A program made the position numbers and the translations under genes. From positions 83,204,001-83,268,000 of the forward strand of contig OX597815.1 in the NCBI GenBank assembly GCA_951406725.2: a stretch of DNA of 64,000 nucleotides, written 5' to 3'. Numbering within the stretch: the first letter of the stretch is position 1; the number at the start of each line of letters is the position of its first letter. Below are positions 27,880 to 42,129 of this stretch, piece by piece. The stretch comes from Octopus vulgaris. Lineage: Eukaryota. Below the pieces are notes generated by a model that searched no databases, was not told where the DNA came from, and saw nothing but the letters and a program-made list of their open reading frames with translations.

Positions 27880-29215
27880 CCTCCAGCATTTCTTCAATGC
27901 AAAAGGGGAATGCAGCTGCATTGTCAGCTCGAGCACGTGCGCTAAATTGGGAAGGAACGAAACCTCTCCGATGGGCTCGGGTGGTGGAAGGACTGACGTG
28001 GCAATCTAGCCACACTTTATTCATTGACAGATCAGGCTGGGTGTATAATCCATTGTTCCAAGCAAATGTATGCAGCCTTAGAGCTGCATTTTACCAAATC
28101 TTCAGAGAAAGCGCTAGGAAGCACAGAGAAATATTCACTTCCGTACCTAATTGGCTTCTTGCTGCAAGCCGAGATACAGGAATAATTGAATGTTTGCGGA
28201 AAGGACAAATCGCTCGGTTTGGATGGTCTGCTCTATAAGTTTTATGGTTATAAGTAACTGGTTATAAGCTAATTTGGTGACTTCTTGGTAAGTGTCTAGC
28301 ACAGCTGACAGCAAAACAGGAGAATTCCAAGGGCTGTGACCCGAGGTATGTTAACTTTGCTGAGAAAGGACGCCAGTACAGAGGATATTATAGATAATTT
28401 CCGGCCCATAACCCTGCTAAATGCAGAGATTAAAACTTTAGCCATAATATTAGCAAAGAGATTGACTCTTGTCTAGGTTTGGTCAAAGAAGCTGAAACGT
28501 ATGCGTTCTCGTAATAGATCTATATATGACAGCCGCTGCCTCATGCATTATAACATAGGATGTATATGCCAGATATAGCATATCTGGCATAGGTTGTATT
28601 CTGATCAATTTAGATCAGTCAAAACGGTTGAAAAGACTCGACCTTCACTACTCGGCAGTAGTCTGTTGCCGACCTGTTTTCAGTGGCCTGTTCGCAGCAA
28701 TGTGCACCAACACTTACCCAGTTTAAAAGTAAACTGCCACCTCTCAGAACTGTTTGACATCTAGTGCTCAGTCCGTTAGGAGTAGCTTCTCTTATTTTTT
28801 CTATACGCTCTGGGGCTCGAGCTCTTGCTGGAAGAGCTAGAAATATTGAGGTTTATTCTCTTCAGAGTGGTGTGCAGGTGAGCCGTGTCTTCGCTGAATC
28901 TCTCATCGACGTTGTAAGTTCCTCTTGAAAAGAATACTGAGGTGGGAGAGGGTAGTGCCCTCTTCCAATGAATTTGGGAAAATATCTGAGCCGGCGAATC
29001 CTGAATCGTTGGGGTTCTTTGATTGGACCTGGTCGGAGTTTCTCCTGTATCCGGAGGACTGTACTATTCTTGTTATGACATTGCATATCATGTATACTTT
29101 TATCATATTTCACTGTCTTTACCATTTTTTCTCCTTACACTTTATGTAAATTCCCACTTAAATTTTCTATCCCTTTGGTGCCCCCTTATATATGCCCATG
29201 TGACTAAGAGATTTA
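27880..29215 (+). mobile_element. L1/Tx1-clade LINE relic (RT domain plus pyrimidine-rich 3' UTR)
   Basis: KDKSLGLDGLLYKFY; RGMLTLLRKD...IDNFRPITLLNAEIKTLAIILAKRL; LINLDQSK; KVNCHLSELF..SVR: RT subdomains 0-4 of the L1/Tx1 clade with many stops. Confidence 0.88.
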
Positions 29216-29737
29216 GAATTATTTCTGCCATTATCATTGTTGTTGGTGTTGTTATCATTAGTTCATTGTCAGTCAACTTAGGTGGTAAAACAGAAAAGAG
29301 AGGAGTATAGTTTTGCTTGAAAGATTGTGAAATGCCATGATTGGATATGAAATCTTCACTAACATCTAAGATATGAGTAATGGCGAATTGCAACTATGAT
29401 GCGACTTGTTACATCGGTGATTCATTTCTATGGCGTGTTAATTTCTGCCACACGGTTTATATTGTTTAAAATTATCTGTTAACTGTAATCATAGCACAGG
29501 TACTTGTGTAATATTCATTATTTGATTCATTGAGTTTTTGCCGGTTATCTTCATTACTCAGTCATACTTCATGTAAATTTGCTGCTGCAAACAATATTTT
29601 AGCTAATTTTATTATTCTGCTCTTATTGAATCATTTCATGTTACCATCTTTCCCATTGAACTTTTTCCATGTCATACTTGACTAAAACAAGAACTGATCA
29701 AACATGCTCAAACCTTTACTCAGCAGTCCCGTTTTAA

Positions 29738-30400
29738 CCCTTTATTAGTCCCATGGGGTGTGTTGTCACCCCATTTCTTTTTAAATACAAATAATTTTTA
29801 GTAGGCATCTTCTTTCTTTTTTTTTATTGATGCCTTCTTCAGACTCGGCAAGAGTGTGTTGCTGGTAGTCCGGTGGTGCAGTCGTGGTTCGATTTATTTA
29901 TTTTCTTTTCTATTTGGAGAGAAAAAAAAACATTTCTATCGATGTGTTTCACTTAAAGTATACCCCATCTGCTTATGTAACAAATTTATAGTCATTTTCA
30001 TTTCAATAAATAGTAATATCTTTAGTTGAAGTTTTGATTTAATGCATAATGTAGCTGAAATTGCCTGTTGTGTATTTTTTTAAATGTTAATATTCATCAT
30101 GGATATTAAAAAGTTCCACAAATGGTGTATTCTGAGGGAATTTTCAAAATAAATGTGTTCTGAATCTAAGAGTTTTTAGTCTTCCATTAATTTTGTAATT
30201 CATTTTATTATATTGTTTTATATTATCATCAATCAACTACAGGTTTTTCTAACTTCTCCGCAGTGATTGCAGATATACCCCGAAAAAACAGATTGAGTAT
30301 ATTTTACATAATACTAAAACTATAAGCATTTTTGTATTCGGGTGTGTAAAACCCCCATTTAACTAACCATGTTAGGGAAGGACAGTTGACTAAAGAAGGG
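29738..30400. mobile_element. piggyBac-type non-autonomous element (MITE), 663 bp
   Basis: TTAA on both sides (29734-37, 30401-04); TIRs ccctttattagtc / cccttctttagtc (reverse complement); subterminal inverted motif atggggtgtgttgtcacccc / gggtgtgtaaaacccccat. Confidence 0.82.
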
Positions 30401-30593
30401 TTAAATATAGTGTCTCTAGGAGTACATTACGTAATTTTTTTCAAGATAGACGGGTCTGAGATATTGCTGATTCCACTGCTATTTATAATGGCTTACATGA
30501 CTGTACATCGTTTCGTATTTAAAAAAAGAGAAAAAATATTTCCATAGTTTTTGCAATATTTTTACTTTATCATAATCATTACTCTTTTTAGCT

Positions 30594-30658
<65 letters not shown>

Positions 30659-32523
30659 TAGCCGCTTCTGATGCTTTTTGCAGCTTCTCTTGACATTCCT
30701 GTTAGTGGTTTCTATTGGTAGAGATGTCATTGACTGCTGATTTTCATGTTACTGCTATTGACTTCACCATGTTCTCGCAAGCTGTTGTTACTGTTGCACT
30801 TCAGACTGGAAATGTTACTTACACTCGGGTTTCTGCTATTCTACTTGATACAGCTGCTGTGTCTACCGTTGCCTATTGCTTTTGTTATTGACATTGCTCT
30901 TGTTGTTATTCTTGTATCTGTTTTCAACGTGTAGTAAAAACTGTAGCTGTTTTTTCTTTATATTATTATAAGTCTCTTTTCTTGTTGTTATTTATCTTGC
31001 ACTTGTCGATGATGATGAGGATGATGATGATGACGAGAGAGACGTCAACAATGATGATGTAATTCATGACTTTGCTATTGTTGTTGGTTGTGGTGTTACT
31101 GATTCCAGCACAGCTGTAACATCAATGCTGAAAAAATGTAATTTCATGCTAAATTCTTCTAGACCGTTTGTAATTAATTTAAGGTTGCTAACCTGGATAT
31201 TTTCTGCATGCTTATTATGTAGCATTCACAATTTACCAGCTACGCAAACCAAATTTCTTGAAACTACACAGACATTAGCGGATAGGCTAATCTATAGTTA
31301 CATAGACATTCAATCCCGCCGTACTGAAGCTCTGCTTTTATACTGACAGCAAACACTAGCAAAACACATAAAATGCACAAATAAAGCACAAGGAATAGAA
31401 ATTTAAATATGAACCGAATGTTCTAACTCTGTAGATTTAATTTTCTTTGTAGACCTTTGAACAGAATGCGGAACGTTAACATTCCGGACGAAAACTTTTC
31501 CTTTGAATTTTATCTCGCATTAATTATATTGATCTGAACCATTACCATTTATATGCCATATTAAAAATTGCGTCACATCATATTATAAAGAGGCAACAAC
31601 ATTGTAAACAGTTACTGTTCTTAAGCTAGCTACACTGAATACATTTCCCTTGGGTATAGTTTAGAGAAGAATCATTTCCGTCCAAATGTCTTATGTTGTT
31701 AAGTCTTCAAGGGTCAAAATGAGTCAGTCGATTATGTGACTTATCAATCTCTATTAAAACCCACTCACAGATTTAATCGCATAGAAATATATTCTGATTA
31801 CACTAAATGACCGGTCTTTATTCTACGTGTTTCTCGTTGTAATGAATTATCTCATATGTGTCACAAATTAAGTGCTTGTTTCATCAATTAATATTTGTTC
31901 CCCCACGAATGTTTCATAGTAAGCTATAAAATTCATATATGATATTTAAGCCATGAAATGCACAAATAAAACACATTGAAAAGGAAACAATTACGATAGC
32001 TAATTAAGTCATTTAGACATCAGAAAATTATAGTCCGGATGACGTACCTGCCTCTTCAGTTTTGTATAGATGCTCTCTATCGCTCTAATGTTAAAATCAT
32101 CTTTAACACAACGTTAAAATCTACCTGGCAGCTGATTTCAAATACTTGCATTATTTCTTTTCTCTGTTCCTAATCATTATGTTAGGTGTATCAGGCTTTC
32201 ATTTTCTGGAAGACACGACAAGAATATTGTACCAGTACTCTTTCAAGTAATAACTAAAAAGACTTATATTTGATTCTTCCGGATTATCCATCTTACAGAT
32301 TTAATTTTATAATTTTCTAGCTACTACATGATACCACATAGATACATAATGCGGTGAGGACATTTTTATTGTGAACCGGTTTTCGTACATTTGCTCTATA
32401 TGCACAGCCGTCTCCCAGGGCAGATACTTGTATCATGTTTTATCGACTGATGGCTGAGGCGTCTCACTAATTGTCCTCGAAGAGCTGTTTGGGATATGAT
32501 CAACGGTCACTATTTGTGTGTAC

Positions 32524-32612
<89 letters not shown>

Positions 32613-32621
32613 ATACATATA

Positions 32622-32950
32622 TAACAAAGTGAAATTGTAAGGTACCGCACGAGTGGAAATATATCTGAAAGAAGGTTTAAAAATGCAATTTTAAAGATGT
32701 TTATTCATTTGACCGGTTTCACTTATTTAGGAAAAGATCGTCAAAAGTAAAATGTAAAGCTTTTTAAAAGCTTTGTTGTGTTAAGTACTGGTTATCACAA
32801 AATATCAGAATACACATATACATTCTTTGATAATAATAAGAAAATATTAAAAACAGTTTACAAGGAAATATCTTGAAAAAATATTAAACAAAAAACTCAA
32901 TAAAAATGTTAGGGTTTCATTAAAAAATCATGTTAGTTTGGAAGTATCTA
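32622..32950 (-). mobile_element. Penelope-like pseudo-LTR relic next to (TA)n with a degenerate HHR (32708-32746)
   Basis: Minus strand reads UUGACGA-ucuu...aagu-GAAA-CCGG-UC (palindromic ACCGGU); stems I and II are imperfect. Confidence 0.5.
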
Positions 32951-33314
32951 TATATATACACTGGAAAGTATTAGTTCAAACAAAGTCATGTTTGGTAGTA
33001 TATATATATACACAGATGGAGATATATTTAGGAGTTTACCAAAAATTTGAGATGAACTGACCTATTTTCATATATATATATATATATATATATAGAATTG
33101 CTGAAGGTGAGGCAATGAGCAAAAATAGCCTACGTTTATGGGAGTAAACATATGATACTATATGCTTTCAACAGTAATATGTGTGTCACAGGTGATTTAG
33201 AGTCCTTTTTATTTCTATTTCTTGCACCCTTCATTATAATTGTATATATTTACATATCATTATAGACTTATATTAATTTTCACCTCTACGATTTTAACGT
33301 ATGCTAGCCACTGA

Positions 33315-33387
<73 letters not shown>

Positions 33388-33449
33388 TATTAATTGTATC
33401 ATTTATATATACACACACATATATATCTACGCATATATATATACATATA

Positions 33450-33962
33450 CTAGCAGTATCGCCTGGCGTTGCTCGGGTTTGTAAGGGAAATAACTATATA
33501 AGCATTTTTAGAGAGTTACTTCCCTTATAGATGCCAATTCGGGCTTTCTTAGCCATTTCTGTTTTGGTGTCTTCAAGCCATGAAGTCGTTGTTCTAAAAG
33601 AACGCTGGTCTCCTTGACAACGCTTTACGACGTTGATTTCCTTACACTGCCTTCCCCACAGCTTCACAAGGGAGGGAAGAAGGGGGAGAAGCAAACAGGA
33701 GCAGGTGTGACCATGGACGCCAACTCCGCCGCCATCGACACACGAAAAATTATGCATTAAAATAGAATAAAAGATGATGTTAAATTATTTTTAAAATCAT
33801 AGCCTCATCGTAGACGCGCGCTAATACTCAGACGGACTCGATATGAATCACGACTTTAAGATACCCGAATTTGGTTAAACTGCACCGCAAAATGTGGGAG
33901 TAGTTAGGGATCTAAATCGAAGGGGACAGACACTCACACAACTACAGTTTTATATATATAGA
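33450..33962 (-). mobile_element. Non-autonomous Helitron, copy 1 (513 bp)
   Basis: Minus strand 5' TCTATATATATAAAA ... hairpin CCCGAGCAACGCCAGG, 8 nt, CTAG-3' followed by T. Confidence 0.88.
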
Positions 33963-34474
33963 CTAGCAGTATCGCCCGGCGTTGCTCGGGTTTGTAAGGG
34001 AAATAACTATATAAGCATTTTTAGAGAGTTACTTCCCTTATAGATGCCAATTCGGGCTTTCTTAGCCATTTCTGTTTTGGTGTCTTCAAGCCATGAAGTC
34101 GTTGTTCTAAATGAACGCTGGTCTCCTTGACAATGCTTTACGACGTTGATTACCTTACACTCCCTTCCCCACAGCTTCACGAGGGAGGAAAGAAGGGGAG
34201 AAGCAAACAGGTGCAGGTGTGACCATGGACGCCAACTCCGCCGCCATCGACACACGAAAAATTATGCATTAAAATGGAATAAAAAATGATGTTAAATTAT
34301 TTTTAAAATCGTAGACTCATAGTAGACGCGCGCTAATACTCAGACGGGCTCGATATGAATCACGACTATCAGATACCCGAATTTGGTTAAACTGCACCGC
34401 AAAATGTGGGAGTAGTTAGGAATCTAAATCGAAGGGGACAGACACTCACACAACTACAGTTTTATATATATAGA
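33963..34474 (-). mobile_element. Non-autonomous Helitron, copy 2 (512 bp)
   Basis: Minus strand A|TCTATATATATAAAA ... hairpin CCCGAGCAACGCCGGG, 8 nt, CTAG joined directly to the TC of copy 1. Confidence 0.88.
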
Positions 34475-34514
34475 TATATAAATATATGCCTATGTGTGTA
34501 TGTATATATAAATA

Positions 34515-34547
<33 letters not shown>

Positions 34548-34558
34548 GCCTATGTGTG

Positions 34559-34596
<38 letters not shown>

Positions 34597-34599
34597 TAC

Positions 34600-34660
<61 letters not shown>

Positions 34661-34809
34661 TGTACATATACAAATATCTGTTCAGATTGCTAACGGGAAA
34701 CGTTACTGAATATCCATATAAAATCTATTTTATTATGCCGTCTACAGCTTAATGATAGCAAGTGGTTTTTCATGATTACATGAGCTCTGTCGATATAATG
34801 AAAGATAAA

Positions 34810-34826
34810 GGTAGTAGTAGTAGTAA

Positions 34827-34875
<49 letters not shown>

Positions 34876-35022
34876 TGTGGTTTTGGTGGTGGTGGTGGTA
34901 GTTGTAGTAGTAGGAGGAGGAGGAAGAAGAAGAAGAAGAAGAAGAAGAAGAAGAAGAAGAAGAAGAAGAAGAAGAAGAAGAAGAAGAAGAAGAAGAAGAA
35001 GAAGAAGAAGAAGAAGAAGAAG
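34810..35022. repeat. (TAG)n/(TGG)n/(GAA)n trinucleotide array
   Basis: Direct reading. Confidence 0.95.
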
Positions 35023-35024
35023 AA

Positions 35025-35915
35025 TATTATTAAAGCGGCTAGAGTCACAGCAAGACATAAGGAGGTCAAGAACCGAAACGAAAATAAGAACCAGAAAAAA
35101 GAGCAGAAGTTATCTAACTGGCAGGAGAAGGCCTTGCTGGCTGTTCACAAAGATAGTTGCAGTAAATAGTAGTAGTGAGACATGGTTATGTTTGTAGAAA
35201 GGAAGGGTAAAAAGGAAGACAAAAAGTGTGTTAGTAGCAGCACAAAATCATGCATTAAGGACTAATTGGATAAACACCAGGGTCGACAAATTCCAAATAG
35301 ATTCCTAATGTAGGCTATTCAAATCAAAAGAGGAAATCCCTACTGATATACTAAGTGAATGTATCATGCTTGCACAGAAATACAAGAAAAGACATGACAA
35401 CCTAGGGACAGTAATCCACTGGGAGTTATATAGAAAGCTAGGATTCGAACTTACTGATAAATGGTATGAACATGAGCCTAGTCAAGTACTAGAAAGCAAG
35501 AAATACAAGATGTTGTGGGACTTTAACATTCTGACCGACAGAGTAATAGATGCTAGAAAGCCTGATGTAGATGCAGTAGATAAAGACAATAGAAAGTGCC
35601 ACATAATTAACTTTACAGTCCCAAATGATGAAAAAAATCAATATGGGAGGTATAGAAAAAATAGCAAAAATACCAGGACGTAACTCTTAAATTACAAAGA
35701 CTAAGGAAAGTGCGAGTGAAATGTATCCCAGTAGTTATAAGCTGCATTAGAAACTTGCTCGAAACATTTCAACATATGCATAGAGGAAAGAGCTATAACA
35801 CGTAGTTTAATACAGCTCCAGTATTATTAGGGACAGCTAGAACACTTGGTGGGGTTTTAGGCATCTCAGGATACTCGTTGTATCCCGATGCTATGAATAT
35901 TTATTTTCCAATAGT
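35025..35915 (+). mobile_element. Dong/R4-clade non-LTR retrotransposon 3' relic (zinc knuckle plus restriction-like endonuclease)
   Basis: AAQNHALRTN...CRL...ILSEC..LAQKYKKRHDNLGTVIHWEL...KWYEHEP...LWDFNILTDRVIDARKPD...EKIAKYQD...LLGTAR; flanked by trinucleotide arrays. Confidence 0.9.
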
Positions 35916-35946
35916 TTAATCTATTGCATGTATATCATCATCATCA

Positions 35947-36002
<56 letters not shown>

Positions 36003-36150
36003 ATTATTATTATTATTATTATTATTATTACTTTTTTTTTCTTCTTTCATATTTGCTTCCATTTCTTGCCGAGTGTCTTCCCGACTCCTAGGGCAAAGAA
36101 ACTCATAGTATACATTGGTAGGCCAATTAACTAAACTCAATAGTTCGTTA

Positions 36151-36225
<75 letters not shown>

Positions 36226-36465
36226 TATAAACTATGGATTGAATTTATAAATATTTTAATGTACCGCAATTATTCCTCGAATACAGACTATCATCAGAAA
36301 TAACGTGATTTCTGGAAACGCATGTACTGATACATTAAATTATTTATGAATTCCATCCATTGATTATCATCATTATTATTACTACATGTTCGTGTGGTGG
36401 TTATGTACGAGTGTGTTTGTGTGTGTGTGTGTGTGTAAGTATGCGTGTATGCATATATACTTATA

Positions 36466-36947
36466 CAAGTGCATTCCTGATGTTTTGGGGCGTTTTCAGT
36501 AGAGGTTGTAATGTCAAGTACCAAATTCTTTTCTATTCCTAGGTAGGGTTATTTGACTTCAAGGAAGTTTGTTGTAGCGCTACACTCATTTCGGGTAGGT
36601 CCTATGGATGCTCTCCACTGTGAAGGTATACATGACCCTTATTATAGCCCCCTTGTAGCGTTTTAGCCGTGTTTAACACAGAACTTTATTGCATAGCTAG
36701 ATTTCAAAGTGCCTTCACATCCCGACTGCACTCTGCAACCTCGTCAGCTGTGACAAGCTATGTTAGTAAATTGTGTTAAAAGTGTTGTTACAGCAGTCCC
36801 CTTATGTCTGAATTTTAAAAAGAAAAACAGCAGTGTGCAGGTCAGCTTATTAGATACATATTTAGGATATAGTAGAATTACAATGATCTTGGACAGTTGT
36901 AACTGTATCTCCTAAATAAAGTCTCAAAACCTTTGGAGTGCTCCTTG
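36466..36947 (-). mobile_element. mariner-derived MITE
   Basis: TA-flanked diverged TIRs caagtgcattcctgatgttttggggc / caaggagcactccaaaggttttgagac; minus strand YAIKFCVKHG*NAT matches a mariner N-terminus. Confidence 0.7.
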
Positions 36948-36954
36948 TATATAC

Positions 36955-37029
<75 letters not shown>

Positions 37030-37751
37030 GAGAAGCGTATACTTGTGTTTGCTTTCGTACTTGCGCACTTACATATCTTCTACTGTATTCGTATACATAA
37101 AGGTGAATGCCTTGCAGACATACACTACAAATGTTTCGAATCTCTTCAACTGCCGTGACTTCTATAACGAATTTGAATTAAAAAAAAAAAACTTCACATA
37201 CTAATTTCAGTAGTTCTCATAACAAAACTGCTTTCTAAATCAAATTTAATCCAAGGAAAATTTACGATCCTATATGAATTGCGTGTTCAGTCGCACCTTT
37301 ACATCTCTATACAAATAATTAATCTTTCAGAATAATCAGTTTAAGCCAATAATGAGAAATGATATGAAAGGAAAAGAAAAAGGCGAAAATTAAATACGGA
37401 CAAAAAGTTTAAAAGAAATGTTAAAGATGCAATTATTGTAAAGATAAAGGAAAAGCAACTCTATTTTCTAATATTAATCCCGCTTTTTTATTGGATCTTA
37501 TTAATTAAACATTCTTGTATTTGTTTGCAAAGATTTGTCTGATAACATTAAAGTGCATTGCATTTTATTTCAGAACTTTCGCAATAGAAATTCTATCAAG
37601 GGCCATAAAGCAAGATCGTAAGTATATAGTGGGTGCGTTGACACCATTAGTTGCTTTCTTTCTTCGGTTTATGAGTTTACAACTAACGACTCTAGTTGAT
37701 TATGAAGTGAACTACATTAATTATTTATGACACAACACAGTCATATTGATC

Positions 37752-38108
<357 letters not shown>

Positions 38109-39911
38109 TATGAATATATTTGTATATGTATGTATATTTTTTTAATTTAGAAAATCCTTCTTTATATGTTTGCGCAATGTTGAATGAATTGTTCATATTT
38201 CTAGCTACCGAATTCCTATGTCGTTATGATCGAAGGAAATCGCAAATCAGTTTAATTAGATCAAAGACATTAGACAGCATCGAATAAAAATCTACCTTCT
38301 TGTGACAATAAATGCACCTAAAGTCAAATAGAAAAAACTTGGTACACGCTACCTGGTCATTCTCTCTTGACAGTGATAGTTAATCAAAGATTATATAAGC
38401 AAGAATGTAAATGTATATCGAGAATGACGAAGAAGTGAGAGAAATAATGAGCAGGAAAATTGAATTTTATTTCATGAAGCTTCTTTGATACTGGTTTCTC
38501 GAAGGAGTACAGCATTTATCATGATGCGATTTAGAATAACATGTACACTACAACGTGAATCTTAGTCTTTCTCTCACCCACAATCAATTTCTTGTTGCTC
38601 TAGATTGTTTTGAAACAATGTTTTAACAACAAAATTTTTATATTTTCTAGAGGAAATAAGCTAGGAGATATATTTTCTGCTATAGAACGCTAGTGAAAAT
38701 CTTCTCATTTATTTCGTACCTATTTTCTAAAATAACATCAGTAAAGAGAATTGTAGTACTCTTTTGATAGGAAAACGTGAATGTTAAACAATCATATAAA
38801 TGTATAAGTTTCCTTTCAATCTTAATGTTACAAAATATTCCAATATCTAATGAATTAATATGTGACAGTGTGCTTATAAGTATATGTGTAATAACGAGGT
38901 GTACATTAATTAAAATGTACGTATAAGGTCAGAAAAGCTTTTGCTCTCAGATAAACTATCCAAAGTTATCAAAAAGTGTTAACAAAAACTAAGAAAGAAA
39001 AAAACCCGAGAAAGTAGTCGGCGAATTGTCAAAGTGATTCGATCGGAATCGGTTACAGTAGGGACAAATACCCACTGATCTAAATCTAAATATTTCTTCC
39101 GTTACAGAAATCCCTAAACAAACCAGTCAACGACTTTTGGGAAAGACGGTGAGTTTAAAATTCATTCAATATACGTACTTAACACATTGAAATAAACATT
39201 ACATTAAAATTGAGACCAGTTTAAAATAACGAGGTTTATAACATTTATCTGTATACACACGTAGAATGGCGCAATTGATTTCGTGATGAGTATTTCGATT
39301 AAACTATTCGTTACTTGGGGAGTCCAAATCAGATGGAACAATCAACTGACGGCCTTCTTTCTGAAAGAAATTTATGGCTTTCTTTTTAACCAACATGTCT
39401 CTGAGGAATTTCTCCAAGATAAACTGTTACAGGTATTTCCGTTCTAAATTTGTACGCACATTATAAATGAAATACGCATTCTTTTGATCAGATGCTATTT
39501 GAATTGCATATATTGATTTATTCTTAATCTGACTAACCTTAACACCAGTCAGCGAATGATTTCTTTACAAAGATTTTTATATGAGAAGAAAAATAACGTT
39601 GTGTCATAACTCTGGGGTTGTTTTGCTCACTGAGGAGAACAAATGAGATCATAACCCCGTACTTGACGAATCACAGGCGACTTTTGAGCCTTCTGTATGG
39701 TGTTACGTCTTTTTTTTTTAACATACAAGAGTTTTTTAAAAGTTTCTCAGATAGCGACGTAATACTTTTGCATATATATTATAAAAGCGATCTACGTAGT
39801 TGCGTTTAATTTAATTCTGTTTCAAGTAAGTTTACTGATTTGATTATTTAATTACATGAACCATGAACATATATATATATACACATGTGTGTGTGTGTCT
39901 GTGTGTAAGCG

Positions 39912-40590
39912 GGAGGGTACCCATAAGAACCGGGATTTTGCATTATCGATTTATTCACTTAATTTTCCATGTTTACACTTTTGTGGCCTTCAAAATATTT
40001 TCCATTTGAAGCAGTGCATCGGTACAGACACGTTTTCCACTGTTCAAAGCATTCTTGGAATTCTTGCGAAGTGATGCTTCTTAACATCTCCGTCGTTAAG
40101 TTTTTTATTTCGTTACCTCTTCGACATCTGTAAAACGTTATCTTTTTGTAAAGCCTTTTTTCATTCAGGAATGGAGCAAGGAGCAAGATCGGAGCAAGGA
40201 GCAAGGTAGTGTGCATAGGCGCATTGTCGTGAACAAACCACTACTCTCCACTTTGCCACACGTCGGGTCGTTTTCATCTCACAGCGTCTTGCAAACGCTT
40301 CAGAACTGCCAAGTAAAATGTCTTGTTAACAGTTTGACGAGGAGGAACAAATTCTGTGTGCACCACTCCTTTTGCATTGATGAAACAAATCAGCATAGCA
40401 ATTCCAGTTGAAAATTCGTTGGCAGGATCGCTAGGACACACCAGTCATATAAAAGAATCTGTCAATCAATTGTTTGGCGACGGTCCTCAAAGATCAGTTC
40501 ATGAATTTTTATGTTGTTTTCATTCGTTCAGTAGGTTCACCCCTGAATTAGGTTGGTCTTCAAGCAACAAGTGACCATTCCTAAAGCATG
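39912..40590 (-). mobile_element. Internally deleted mariner transposon relic
   Basis: Minus strand IHELIFEDRRQT, HDNAPMH, and C-terminus SITSQEFQECFEQWKTCLYRCTASNGKYFEG. Confidence 0.85.
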
Positions 40591-40779
40591 AAAACTACAA
40601 TCTGCGTAACAGTACAACTTCACTATACGACATCGGTCAGCATACTGATGCTCGTAGGCCGCATTAAGTGCGCGCATAGATACATATGCTTACAAATATG
40701 CAATTTGCATTTTTCATTACATACACGGCAAAGATCGGCCTTTATCTGTTTTATTTAAGATTTATTTTCTAATTAGCTT

Positions 40780-41232
40780 TTACATATGGCTAACAACTAA
40801 GAGCTTCTAAACCTATATCCAACGTTTCTAGGGTTACATAGTCAAATTTTCAAAGATTAGACTAAACAAGGAAACATTCTTCATTGAAAAATGCAAGCCC
40901 AAACTTAACCATTCCAACATACTTATACAGAGAAATTCACTCCAAAAGAAAGGCAAGAAATTTTAAGCGATTATCTTCCTTACACCGGAAGAAATCACTT
41001 ATTACCTCCCGTTATCTGGAACTCTTCTCAACGTAAACATAACGATAACTCTCCTCAACGTAAACATAACGATGTAAGAAATTTGAAAAGCTGAACGCGA
41101 AACCGGTCATTTCTTCAAAAACTATGTCATTGTATAAAAACATTTATAACATTCTTCAGACATATTGACTCAAATATATATTTTTTAACCTTTTAAAACA
41201 AGCCTTCTGTAGTTTTTTCACTTTTTACTATG

Positions 41233-41237
<5 letters not shown>
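40780..41237 (+). mobile_element. Penelope-like element 3' end (GIY-YIG C-terminus plus HHR) ending in (TA)n
   Basis: 40856-40909 translates IRLNKETFFIEKCKPKLN (RxxKExxFIxxxKPxLN motif); HHR ~170 bp downstream; 27-bp tandem duplication at 41020-41073. Confidence 0.78.
41076..41115 (+). ncRNA. Minimal type I hammerhead ribozyme, U3:A8 core; predicted cleavage after C41108
   Basis: Stem I AAGAAAU/AUUUCUU (7 bp); core UUGAAAA; stem II GC-UGAAC-GC; GAAA; palindromic stem III ACCGGU; GUC triplet. Confidence 0.82.
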
Positions 41238-41284
<47 letters not shown>

Positions 41285-42012
41285 TTATTGTTTGCCGCAC
41301 ACTGATTAAATTTCCTTAGACGTCCCCGCCAAAAGTGTTTAGATTGTTAGCACCATCTATCAGCATGTTTTGAATTGATTGCAAGAGTAAAAGTTTGACC
41401 GTTAGGTTTTCTTTCTTATATATCTGATTTGACTGCAGCAAGGAAATCAACGCACGATTCTTGATGCATAATACTAACGGTTAAAAATCTTTTGGTGATA
41501 AAGGCTAAAAAATAAGAGAAACATGACAAGCGCCAAATTATTCATTTCAGTTCTTTAAAATGAAGTATGAAGAACTAGAATTTGTGGATTGAAGATTTCT
41601 AGTGATCCATTACGACTGAAAAAAGTAAGTAAATATATAAATAAATATAAATATCTCTATTAAAAAAAGATCAAACTTTAAATATAATTCATGTTTTTAA
41701 AGAAATATGCATACAAATATGAGATTCCCTATATATACATTATATATGTGTTTGTGTGTAATGTGTGTGGTTGTGCTTGTGTACGCATGCGCGTTTGTGT
41801 CTTTGTGCGTCTTTATGTGTGTGTGTTTTCAGATCTTTATGGAAGTAAATCGAGACTTCTTACAAAAGTGATATTAAAAGTATTATATAATAAGGATGTT
41901 TTGTTGTTACAGTCATTGGTAGATATACATTATTACAACTGTCTCGTCCACGTTTCACAAGCTGTTTACCTCTAAATACTGTATATATTTGTCCGTGTAT
42001 GCATTTCTTGCA

Positions 42013-42071
<59 letters not shown>

Positions 42072-42129
42072 CTTTCATTCTATGCGTGTCTGTGCGTGTG
42101 TGCGTGTGTGTGTGTATGTGTGTTTCGTT

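Noticed and set aside
34681-34712. UUCAG...GAAACGUUA-CUGAA hammerhead-like arrangement
   Set aside because: Stems I and III are plausible but there is no CUGANGA-like box or stem II
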